A stretch of DNA of 64,000 bases from Bacteroidales bacterium. GTDB lineage: Bacteria > Bacteroidota > Bacteroidia > Bacteroidales > CAIWKO01. The stretch is from positions 26,801-90,800 of the forward strand of contig DAOORA010000005.1 of NCBI GenBank assembly GCA_035389045.1, read 5' to 3'. Positions within the stretch are counted from its first letter, which is position 1; each line of letters opens with the position of its first letter. Positions 55,259 to 63,957 of this stretch are shown here, piece by piece. The notes beneath the pieces were generated by a model. The model was given only the letters and a program-made list of their open reading frames with translations, made no database searches and was not told the origin of the DNA. Position numbers and translations under genes: made by a program.

Positions 55259-56340
55259 ATTACAAATCTAAATTTTGATTTTGCAAAAGTAATACATTTG
55301 TAATTTACATGTGTAATTATTTTTAGTTTAGTTATGTAAACTGTCTTTTTAATAATTCTACCTAAACTAACACGTAAATTAGATTAAATTATTGTGCTAA
55401 AATACAATCTATTAATATGAATTACTATCTACAGGTAATATGTGTCCACAAAAGTGTATTAGATTGAATAAATACTTTATCTAAATTAATTAAAATACTG
55501 GATTATAATTTGTTAAGATAAATTTAGTATTGTTTTTACAATGTATATACTGATTTACAATTATTATTAGTAACAAATTACATGTGTATATTTAGATGGC
55601 AAGTTTACAAATGTATTCATATTTGTGTATTTAACAGTATTACAGTTTATTACATCATATGTTTACTTTTGTAATTTACATTTCTAACACTATTCTAATT
55701 TACAAATGTTAAGTACTTTTAAGTATTTACAATTATGAATTATTGTCTATAGGCGTTTTTTTTGCTGAATTTTTTAAAATTTCCGTTCTCAGTCAGATTT
55801 GCTCCTATTTTTTCAATTAATCTTTATCGGAACTTTTATTAAAATCGTTTTAAAATATCAGTTTTATATTTATATAACGTGGTTAATAATTTTACCTATT
55901 AATCACTATCTACACAATCGGATTTCATATTATAGCCAAGCAATGTACAAAATAATTAAAGTGACTCATTGTAATGTAAAATATTAAATAATAATAACTT
56001 AGTAAATCAAAAGTGAGGATTTCTTAGTATTTTGACCCGGAATCCATGCAATATTTTTAATCCTCTCCTATTGAAATACAAAATATCTTCTTTAAAATTG
56101 GCGTATTTTTCATTAAACCCGGTTTACATATAATTGTTGAAATTATAAGTTGCAAGAAAATAAATAAGTTTTGTTAGTTTGATTTTTTGCAAAAACAGGT
56201 ATCATATAAACATTATACACCAACCAGTGTTCGCCAAAGAATTAAAGGGTAACCCCCAAAATATTAGTCCACAGGTTGCGCTTTATAATAGCTTTACGAT
56301 TTAACCGGGGTTTAAAATGCAGGTTATGGGGATAAAAGGA
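55259..56340. other. ~1.1-kb AT-rich region without credible ORFs, containing recurring 10-20-mers
   Basis: TATGAATTACTATCTACAGG (55416-55435) and TATGAATTATTGTCTATAGG (55734-55753) match at 17/20 positions. A third partial copy AATCACTATCTACA lies at about 55901-55914. TTACATGTGTA and TTTACAAATGT each occur twice. Palindromes are TAAACCCGGTTTA (~56113) and TTAACCGGGGTTTAA (~56301). Confidence 0.8.
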
Positions 56341-56347
56341 TTTTACT

Positions 56348-56440
56348 CTGCGCCTCTGCGTCTTTGCGAGAAATAAATCTCCCTCAGCGTCTTTGCGTCT
56401 TTGCGAGAAATAAACCTCTCTCTGCGTCTTTGCGAGAAAG
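56348..56440. repeat. Tandem word repeat, 3 copies of GCGTCTTTGCGAGAAA
   Basis: The copies are at 56358-56373, 56395-56410 (preceded by an extra GCGTCTTT) and 56424-56439. They lie immediately 3' of the stop of the minus-strand GH3/beta-lactamase gene. Confidence 0.9.
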
Positions 56441-56441
56441 A

Positions 56442-59387
56442 TTAACCTTTTTTCGCCTTCATGATGGCTTTATAAATAACTTTCTGTATTTCCGTGCGGA
56501 TGCCGGAGGTTACCAGTTTATTATTGGCCGAATAGGGATAGGTTCGGTTCGACAGAAACACGTATACGAGTTTATATTCAGGGTCTACCCATACATAGGT
56601 TCCCGTGAAGCCGGAGTGCCCGTAACTTGCAGACGAAGCTTCCGGGCAAGTGGGGCCTCCCTGGCTTTTATCGCGGACCGGCTTGTCGAATCCAAGGCCC
56701 CGGCGGCTGTCATCGGTCTGGTAGGAAGTAAATTTTTCAATAGTCGCCGGCATCAGGTAACGGTGGTCTCCATAATCGCCTTCGTTGAGCAGCATCTGCA
56801 TCAGTATGGCAATATCATTGGCGTTGGAAAAAATCCCGGCATGCCCTCCTATTCCGCCAAGCATCGCAGCTCCCGGATCATTAACATCGCCCCATAACAA
56901 CTGTTTACGGAAGGCGGTATCAATTTCAGAGGGTACGATTCGCGAGGTGTCAAAATAGTTCAGCGGCTGGTAACACAGGGTACTTAGTCCCAGCGATTCA
57001 TAAAAATGCTTTTTCAGATAGCGGACCAAAGGTTCACCCGTGATACGTTCAATGATATCTTTCAGCAGATAAAATCCCAGATCGCTATAAACGTAATCGT
57101 TTGTGGCTCTCAATTCCGAATTGATTATTTCTTTGAAAACAGAGTCTTTATAGTTTTTGTTGATGTACAGGCTGTCTGCCACACGGTAGGGATAATCATC
57201 CGAACGTACCGGTTTGTATATGCATGAATCTAAGGTATCGTTGACGAATGTTTTTTTATAGAAAGGAATCCATGCTTTAAGCCCTGCCTGGTGTATCATC
57301 AGGTTTCTGAGGGTGATACCGGCCTTGTCGGATTTGCCGAGTTGCGGCAGATAAAAGCCCAGAGTGGTGTCAATATTTATTTTACCTTCTTCGTAAAGTT
57401 TCATCACGGCAACCGTGGTAGCCAGGACTTTGGTCAGGGAAGCCACATCATACAGGTCACTGTTTTTTACAGGGGTGGTTTTATCATATGTATGATACCC
57501 GAAAGATTTATTGTAGAATACCTGGCCGTTCCTGGCTATCAGTATCTGGCAGCCGGGATATATCTCATTTTTGATTCCCTGCTTTGCTATAGAATCAATT
57601 TTAAATAAGCTGCTTTCATTGACCCCCGACATTTCAGGAAAAGTATAGGTAAAACGGCATGAATTGGTTTTAAACCCGGTACGGACAGGAAACTGTGCTG
57701 AAGCCGTAACGGGCAGTCTTCCATTAACGTTAATGCCTCCAAATATCGCCTCAGCAGAGATTTTCTGCGTGGACTTATTGCCCTGATACGAAACCAGTAT
57801 GGCGCTGATTTCAGAAGTATCGCTCAGCTTAGCCAGGGCATAAGGATTACACAACAAGTTCAGGATCACCCTTTTACTTTTCTTGATCTCCCCGATAAAT
57901 CTGATAATTTCGGGCGAAAATCCATAATTATTGGAGGATGTAAAAGAAGTCTGGTGAACCGTAATCACCACGAGGTTGCTTTCGGCTAACTGTTCCTTCA
58001 GCTCCGGAAAAGCCGTGGTATCAAAGGTCTTGTCAAAGCTGAAATGCTTTACAGGCGCATAATTATCAACCGATATAGCAAAAGTATTCAACGAATCCGC
58101 ATTGAAAGATATCTCCGCAATTTTCTGATTTTCAAGGTTTTTAACAGGCAGTATGTGAAAGGTATTCTTCACTATGGTAACTGACGCCTGATAAAGGTTC
58201 GTATTTATGATCTTCGACTTTATATTGTTCAGGTCAGCATAGAGGTTTTTGAGTTTTACCGGTTTGTATTTGGCCAGCCCTGCTTTATACTTAAAGGTCA
58301 GGACTTTTTTGCATCTATCATCAATGAATTTCTGAGTTATTTGTCCGCTGTCGATAGCATTTTTTATATAGGTGATGGCCAGGGGGACATCCTCAGACAT
58401 TAACAGAATATCATTCCCTGCAAGCAATGCTTTAAGCTCCATTTCGCCTGGTTTTGAATTTTCGCTGGCGCCCTTCATGCCCAGAGCATCGGTAAAGATC
58501 AGGCCTTTGAATCCCATCTGCGAGATCAGCACATCATGTACTACTTTTTTGGATAAGGATGATGGTTGATTGGAGGTGGTATCAAGTTCCGGTACAAACA
58601 GGTGCCCGGCCATCACGGCTGACAATCCGTTGCTGATGAGCTTTCTGAATGGGTAAAGGTCAACACTGTCAATTTCCCTCCTGGCGTGATGTATGACAGG
58701 CAGCGTAGTATGCGAATCCTTATCCGTATCGCCATGGCCGGGGAAGTGTTTGGCAGTGGCTATCACACCTTTGTCCTGCATGCCTTTCATGTATGACAGC
58801 GCTTTGGCAGCCACGTTTTTTTTATCCTCGCCAAACGAACGGCTGTTGATTACCGGATTAGCCGGGTTGGAATTAATATCAACCACGGGGGCAAAATTGA
58901 TATGTATTCCCAGCCTTTTGCACTGGGTTCCTATTTCCTCACCCATGGCGTAGATCAGTTTATTGTCCTGTACAGCGCCCAGCGTCATTTGCCTGGGAAA
59001 AGAAACAGCGCTGTCTTTAAGCCGCATGCCTACCCCCCATTCTCCGTCAATGGCTATGAACAAAGGCGTTTGGGAAACAGACTGCCAGTAATTGGTATAA
59101 CGTGCCTGTGTCAAGGGGCCTCCCTGAAAAAAACAAATTCCTCCAATGTTATATGTTTTAACCAGTTCGGTGACTTTCTCGTTGTCTTTCAGACTCATAT
59201 TTGAATAGGCAGCCACCATAAAAAGCTGTGCTATGCGTTGTTCCGGTGTCAGCTTATGCAATACAGAATCCACCCATTTGACCCCTGCCGGCGGAATGTC
59301 GGGAAAATCAACTTTGGGATCCTCTTCAGAAAAAAGAAAACCTGCAAAAAGTATAAATATTATAAATATTATTTTAATCTTTAGCAT
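56442..59387 (-). CDS. Fusion protein: glycoside hydrolase family 3 (NagZ-like beta-N-acetylhexosaminidase) + serine beta-lactamase/PBP-like hydrolase
   Basis: The GH3 N-domain shows 'IAIDGEWG', 'APVVDIN' and 'KHFPGHGDT'. The C-terminal half has the beta-lactamase-family 'ASLTKV' (SxxK) and 'GHSGFTGT'. ATG options are 59423, 59396 and 59387. The last gives the signal-like 'MLKIKIIFIIFILFAGFLFS'. Confidence 0.85.
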   Translation of the reverse strand: MLKIKIIFIIFILFAGFLFSEEDPKVDFPDIPPAGVKWVDSVLHKLTPEQRIAQLFMVAAYSNMSLKDNEKVTELVKTYNIGGICFFQGGPLTQARYTNYWQSVSQTPLFIAIDGEWGVGMRLKDSAVSFPRQMTLGAVQDNKLIYAMGEEIGTQCKRLGIHINFAPVVDINSNPANPVINSRSFGEDKKNVAAKALSYMKGMQDKGVIATAKHFPGHGDTDKDSHTTLPVIHHARREIDSVDLYPFRKLISNGLSAVMAGHLFVPELDTTSNQPSSLSKKVVHDVLISQMGFKGLIFTDALGMKGASENSKPGEMELKALLAGNDILLMSEDVPLAITYIKNAIDSGQITQKFIDDRCKKVLTFKYKAGLAKYKPVKLKNLYADLNNIKSKIINTNLYQASVTIVKNTFHILPVKNLENQKIAEISFNADSLNTFAISVDNYAPVKHFSFDKTFDTTAFPELKEQLAESNLVVITVHQTSFTSSNNYGFSPEIIRFIGEIKKSKRVILNLLCNPYALAKLSDTSEISAILVSYQGNKSTQKISAEAIFGGINVNGRLPVTASAQFPVRTGFKTNSCRFTYTFPEMSGVNESSLFKIDSIAKQGIKNEIYPGCQILIARNGQVFYNKSFGYHTYDKTTPVKNSDLYDVASLTKVLATTVAVMKLYEEGKINIDTTLGFYLPQLGKSDKAGITLRNLMIHQAGLKAWIPFYKKTFVNDTLDSCIYKPVRSDDYPYRVADSLYINKNYKDSVFKEIINSELRATNDYVYSDLGFYLLKDIIERITGEPLVRYLKKHFYESLGLSTLCYQPLNYFDTSRIVPSEIDTAFRKQLLWGDVNDPGAAMLGGIGGHAGIFSNANDIAILMQMLLNEGDYGDHRYLMPATIEKFTSYQTDDSRRGLGFDKPVRDKSQGGPTCPEASSASYGHSGFTGTYVWVDPEYKLVYVFLSNRTYPYSANNKLVTSGIRTEIQKVIYKAIMKAKKG

Positions 59388-59522
59388 ATATCCCATATAA
59401 TCGGGTAAAAATACCAAAAGCATTTATAAATAAAACTGACCTGATAAAATTTTATTAACTAAGAGATGTTATATCTTCTGATCTGTCAGTTATGACAGGC
59501 CAAAGATATTAGAGTCTTTTAA

Positions 59523-59646
59523 GGGCACCTCTAAAAACTTCAAATTTCTTCGTTCATCTTCGTTCTTCAAATCCTCATGTACGCTCAGTACACTGCGGTT
59601 TTCAGAACTTCGACTGCCTCGAACTTTTTTGTTTTTAGAGGCGCCC
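59523..59646. repeat. Long imperfect hairpin element GGGCACCTCTAAAAAC ... GTTTTTAGAGGCGCCC with 'CTTCGTTC' word repeats inside
   Basis: The arms are at 59523-59538 and 59631-59646 (one G:T-type mismatch). The interior has CTTCGTTCATCTTCGTTCTTC and GAACTTCGACTGCCTCGAAC. Confidence 0.8.
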
Positions 59647-59691
59647 GATCAAGGTTATTAGAGATGCCCTTAAATAATACCAGTAAAATTG

Positions 59692-61284
59692 TCACTGATT
59701 CCCGATAATAATTTTCTTTCCCGTTTGACCCTTTTCTGTTGAAATCCGGATAAAATATATGCCGGATACCATATTACCTGTATTAATTTCCAGTCGCATT
59801 TCCCCCGAGGGTTCCGTTTGGACAATTTGTCCCAGGCTGTTATATATTTCAATGTTTTTTATCGCTGTACCAGCAGAAACATGCAGCACATCCTTTGCCG
59901 GATTGGGCCAGATCTGCACCGCAGGGGCGTCGTCGATCTTTACGATTCCAGAGGTATTAATTACAACGACGGTTCCGGCATACGAAGATGTGCAGGCGCT
60001 GCCTTTGGTAACGGTAAGCCCAACCGTGAACGTACCCGTTGTGGTATAGGTATGGCTTGGACTTTGTGAAAAAGAAGTACTTCCGTCGCCAAAATCCCAA
60101 TTCCAGGCCGAAGGGTTGCCGGTGCTCAGGTCATTAAAAACACATAAGCCGGAAGTGCCCAGATCAAGAGTATCGGCGCTTGGGGTAAAAAGAGCTGCCA
60201 ACCCGGCACAGGAATCAAAAACAAATATATTTCCGTTATATTTCCACATACCACCGGTAACGCTGTCGGTATTAAAGGCGCCGGCCCATCCGTGGTTTAC
60301 ATCGACAAAATCCACTGCCAGAAACTGGGTGGTATCCGACAGGGGTATCACGTTCCAGTTAAGGCCTTCATCCGTGCTGTATGATGTACCCTGGAAACTG
60401 TTGACATAATCAGCGCCGACAGAAATGTAGGTGGACGTGGTTCCTGGAACATAACAGAAGTCGTTGGCATAAAAAGTCCCTGAAAATACCAATGGCTGCC
60501 AGGTGGCGCCGCCGTCAATGGTAAAATAGGTATCATAGGGCGATACGTTTACTTTTACTATGCCGTGATTGGCATCCCTGAAAGAGATCTGCATCTGCTG
60601 TGACGTATTTCCGGTAGCGCTGACGGTCCAGTGATGGCCTTTGTCAACCGATTTATAAACCCGCCCTTTGCCGGTGGTAAACCAAACGATGTCGCCCACC
60701 ACAGAGTACAGGCCGGTGGTGCCGTATTCTGCGCTAAGATGAGGTGGTATGTTGGCCTGGGGAACGCGCACCCAGGTTGTTCCGCCATCAACAGTGGTAT
60801 AGATTTCGAAATAACCACCATTGGGGTCGCCCATACAAAAGCCTTCGTTGATATTCCAGAAATGCACTACATTGGGAAAGCCATTGGGGGCGGTAAAAAT
60901 AGCAGTGGGCTGTGGCGTCCATGTAGCTCCGCCGTCGCTGGTACGAATGATAGTCCCGCCACCGTTGGCATACCATACCGGTATCCATGCGTTCATCGAA
61001 TCAACGGCACTGATCATCGCCAGGCCTGAGCCGGTATAACCGGGAATGCTGCTGGCTTTCCATTTGGCGCCGCCGTTGGTAGTACGGGTAAACTCCTGTA
61101 TCTGGGGAGCGCTGGCTGTACTTCCGTCATAACCTAAAGCCCAGACCACATTGGTATCTACGGCGCATATATCTCTTATTCCGCGTGACGTAACAGGAAA
61201 TCCGGTCGACTGCAGTATCCATTGTGCTTCGGTAGCTGTATACATTCCTGCAAACAGTATCCAAAAAAGTAATTTCTTTTTCAT
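59692..61284 (-). CDS. BNR/Asp-box beta-propeller (sortilin/Ycf48-like) protein with PKD domain and T9SS CTD
   Basis: The ATG at 61282-61284 gives 'MKKKLLFWILFAGMYTATEAQ'. Asp-box repeats are 'TTNGGAKW', 'SDGGATW', 'VDGGTTW', 'SVDKGHHW', 'IDGGATW' and 'STDEGLNW'. It has a PKD-like 'WNWDFGDGS'. The CTD is 'IWPNPAKDVLHV...GIYFIRISTEKGQTGKKIIIGNQ'. Confidence 0.85.
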   Translation of the reverse strand: MKKKLLFWILFAGMYTATEAQWILQSTGFPVTSRGIRDICAVDTNVVWALGYDGSTASAPQIQEFTRTTNGGAKWKASSIPGYTGSGLAMISAVDSMNAWIPVWYANGGGTIIRTSDGGATWTPQPTAIFTAPNGFPNVVHFWNINEGFCMGDPNGGYFEIYTTVDGGTTWVRVPQANIPPHLSAEYGTTGLYSVVGDIVWFTTGKGRVYKSVDKGHHWTVSATGNTSQQMQISFRDANHGIVKVNVSPYDTYFTIDGGATWQPLVFSGTFYANDFCYVPGTTSTYISVGADYVNSFQGTSYSTDEGLNWNVIPLSDTTQFLAVDFVDVNHGWAGAFNTDSVTGGMWKYNGNIFVFDSCAGLAALFTPSADTLDLGTSGLCVFNDLSTGNPSAWNWDFGDGSTSFSQSPSHTYTTTGTFTVGLTVTKGSACTSSYAGTVVVINTSGIVKIDDAPAVQIWPNPAKDVLHVSAGTAIKNIEIYNSLGQIVQTEPSGEMRLEINTGNMVSGIYFIRISTEKGQTGKKIIIGNQ

Positions 61285-61370
61285 AGTATTTTTTTTTGGG
61301 ATGAAGTGATAAAAATAAGGTAAAAAAAGGTTGTTGTCAAGGAAAAAAGAATTTATATGCAATTTTACAC

Positions 61371-61408
61371 AAAAAAAACCGTCAGAACATCATGCTGACG
61401 GCTTTTTT
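61371..61408 (-). terminator. Rho-independent terminator (A-run/T-run flanked hairpin)
   Basis: On the minus strand, GCCGTCAG-CATGATGTT-CTGACGG is followed by TTTTTTTT, just downstream of the 61430-62068 gene. Confidence 0.7.
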
Positions 61409-61429
61409 ATCCTGATTACCGGTGTCTTT

Positions 61430-62068
61430 TTATTTTTTCTGTCCCTGCAACAATTCCAGATTTGCCTTTTCTTTTGCCATTAATGCTTTTTGGGCTTCCT
61501 GGTCGGTTTTATTTTTCGATATTTCCTGTTCGATATCTGCTTTTTTCTTAGCCAGTGATTCGCCATCACTCACAAGGTTTTCATATTCTTTTACCGCTTT
61601 GTCATAAACTTTCTGCTGGGCATCAATATCTTTACCCAGTTTTGTGGCGGCAAACTTAGGAGCCAGGCCATTCATATATGTTTTGGTGTTATTGATAATG
61701 GTTGCATCCATGGCGCTGCTGATAAAATTATCCAGTCCATAGCTGACCATAAACGTGAGTACGGTTTTTTCTTTTTCTTTTTTCTTTTCCTCAACTTTTA
61801 CATAAAAATTGATTTTATTGGCTGAAATCTGAGTAAACAGGGCTTCTTCAAAGATCATAAAACCTTTTTTGCTGCTGTATTTCTTGATGCCTTTTTCTTT
61901 CAGGTCAGCAATAACAGTTTCTTCGACCACATCGGTAGTATAAGCAAATTCACCGATTACGGCAGGCCGGTCTGCTTTATCAAATTCAACACTGCCTTCA
62001 TTTGCCTGGGAATAAACATATTGTCCCATTGCAAAAACACCTAATAAAGCGATAAATAACTTTTTCAT
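61430..62068 (-). CDS. Hypothetical secreted protein with C-terminal coiled coil (possibly DUF4468-like)
   Basis: The ATG at 62066-62068 gives 'MKKLFIALLGVFAMGQYVYSQ'. The C-terminal 'EYENLVSDGESLAKKKADIEQEISKNKTDQEAQKALMAKEKANLELLQ' is coiled-coil-like. A hairpin terminator follows. Confidence 0.6.
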   Translation of the reverse strand: MKKLFIALLGVFAMGQYVYSQANEGSVEFDKADRPAVIGEFAYTTDVVEETVIADLKEKGIKKYSSKKGFMIFEEALFTQISANKINFYVKVEEKKKEKEKTVLTFMVSYGLDNFISSAMDATIINNTKTYMNGLAPKFAATKLGKDIDAQQKVYDKAVKEYENLVSDGESLAKKKADIEQEISKNKTDQEAQKALMAKEKANLELLQGQKK

Positions 62069-62124
62069 AAATTTTAATTTTAAGATTATTATTAACAAAT
62101 ATACAACTTTTTTACTAAAGGATA

Positions 62125-63957
62125 CTATTTAAATTTCTTTTCTATTTCCTCGAAGCTTAATATGAACAGTACTTTTTTTCCTGAAGGCGAGGTCGGTGGC
62201 ATGGAACAGGCGAATAACTCGCCAACGAGCATCTGCATAGCTTCGTAGGACAAGTGTAACGGGGTTTTGGCTGCGAGGTTCCGGGCTAATGAGCGGATCA
62301 GGTTGATACTTTTTTCATAATGTGCTTCCAGTTGATTCTTTTTGTAACTTTCCAACAGCCGTTCTATGGTTTCATTGATGTCGTGGTCTGAAAGATCAGC
62401 AGGCACCCCGTTGACCACAAAGGTATTTTTTCCGAAAGCCTCAATATCGAATCCCAGCAGGCTCATATCTTTCATGATATCGGCAAGTAACTCCGCATCG
62501 GCAGGGTTCAGCAACAACGTTCCCGGAAACAGCAGGCGCTGGCACGAAGGATTCTGATTTTCGGCGGTCTGAAGAAATCTTTCATAAAGGATACGTTCGC
62601 GGGCATTCACAATATCAATGAACATAAGACCTGATTTCACCGGGGTAATGATGAATTTTTTTCCGAAACAGAAAAATGATTCCTGTTCAAAATCCAGAGG
62701 GATTTCTTTTTGTTCCTCATTGTTATCATCATCATTATCTTTTTGGATGGCAGAAATCTCTTTTCCCAATTCATACAGGGTTTCCCAGTTTTTTAGGTTT
62801 TTATCCACGGGTTTATGAAAATCCCCGGAAGGGCTTCCGCTCCGGTTGCTTTGAAAAGGATTATAATCGGGATTTATCTTAACAGTAGGGATTTTTATCA
62901 CATCGGGTTTGCCAATATCACCGAAATCCAGCGCTCTTTCGGCTTCAAAGTCTATGCTTGGTGTAATATTAAACGACCCGAAGGATTTCCGGATGCTCCC
63001 TTTTAATATGCTGTACAATATTTTTTCATCCTGGAACTTGACCTCGGTTTTTGCCGGATGTATGTTTACATCTATATTTTTCGGGTCTATTGTGATATAG
63101 ATAAAATATGAAGGATAACTCTGGTCAGGTATGAGCTCAGCATAGGCCTTGTCAACGGCATGATTCAGGTAAGGGTATTTTATGAAACGCTTGTTGACAA
63201 AAAAATACTGTTCCCCCCTGGTTTTTCGTGCAAATTCAGGTTTCCCGATAAATCCTTTTATGTCGGCCACATTAGTGTCTTCGCTCAAAGCGATGAGCTT
63301 CTCACCGTAATTTTGTCCGAACACCGAATTAATGCGTTGCCGCAACGGCATTTTGTCAAGCCGGGTAAGCAGTTTTCCGTTGTTATAAAAAGAAAAGCTT
63401 ATTTCGGGATACACCAGGGCTACCCGGTGAAATTCTTCAATGATGTACGTGGTTTCCGTTGTATCCGATTTAAGGAAATTACGGCGCGCAGGAACATTAA
63501 AAAAAAGATTTTTCACCGATAAGGAAGTTCCGTCGGCAGCGCTGCAGGAGGTATGTTCTTTGACGTTTGAGCCTTCAATAACAATAAGTGTGGCAACATC
63601 GTCCGTACGTCTTTTGGTTTTCATTTCCACCTGAGCCACTGCTGCTATGGAGGCCAGCGCTTCGCCTCTGAAACCAAAGGTACTGATTTTGAACAGGTCG
63701 CCTGCTTCATTGATTTTTGAAGTAGCATGACGTTCAAAACACAAACGGGCATCGGTTTCCGACATCCCGGCACCGTTATCCACCACCTGTATCAGGGTTT
63801 TTCCGGCATCTTTGATAATCAGTTGAATATCATCGGCGCCTGCATCAATGGCATTCTCCAGCAGCTCTTTCACGGCTGAGGCAGGACGCTGTATCACCTC
63901 TCCAGCCGCAATCTGGTTGGCCACATTATCGGGAAGTATTTTAATTATATCAGACAT
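62125..63957 (-). CDS. mutL: DNA mismatch repair protein MutL
   Basis: The ATG at 63955-63957 gives 'MSDIIKILPDNVANQIAAGEVIQRPASAVKELLENAIDAGA' (GHKL ATPase motif I). Other motifs are 'DNGAGM' and 'TFGFRGEAL'. Confidence 0.95.
   Translation of the reverse strand: MSDIIKILPDNVANQIAAGEVIQRPASAVKELLENAIDAGADDIQLIIKDAGKTLIQVVDNGAGMSETDARLCFERHATSKINEAGDLFKISTFGFRGEALASIAAVAQVEMKTKRRTDDVATLIVIEGSNVKEHTSCSAADGTSLSVKNLFFNVPARRNFLKSDTTETTYIIEEFHRVALVYPEISFSFYNNGKLLTRLDKMPLRQRINSVFGQNYGEKLIALSEDTNVADIKGFIGKPEFARKTRGEQYFFVNKRFIKYPYLNHAVDKAYAELIPDQSYPSYFIYITIDPKNIDVNIHPAKTEVKFQDEKILYSILKGSIRKSFGSFNITPSIDFEAERALDFGDIGKPDVIKIPTVKINPDYNPFQSNRSGSPSGDFHKPVDKNLKNWETLYELGKEISAIQKDNDDDNNEEQKEIPLDFEQESFFCFGKKFIITPVKSGLMFIDIVNARERILYERFLQTAENQNPSCQRLLFPGTLLLNPADAELLADIMKDMSLLGFDIEAFGKNTFVVNGVPADLSDHDINETIERLLESYKKNQLEAHYEKSINLIRSLARNLAAKTPLHLSYEAMQMLVGELFACSMPPTSPSGKKVLFILSFEEIEKKFK

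Noticed and set aside
55799-55987. 62-aa ORF inside the AT-rich 1.1-kb region
   Set aside because: It has a TTG start, extreme F/I/Y/K composition as expected from AT-rich non-coding DNA, and no supporting signals.
55442-56273. Possibility that the AT-rich region is the chromosomal origin (oriC)
   Set aside because: There are only two 7/9 matches to the TTATCCACA DnaA box, no dnaA/dnaN nearby, and GC skew cannot be assessed in a 64-kb window. The idea is kept only as a low-probability alternative in the finding.
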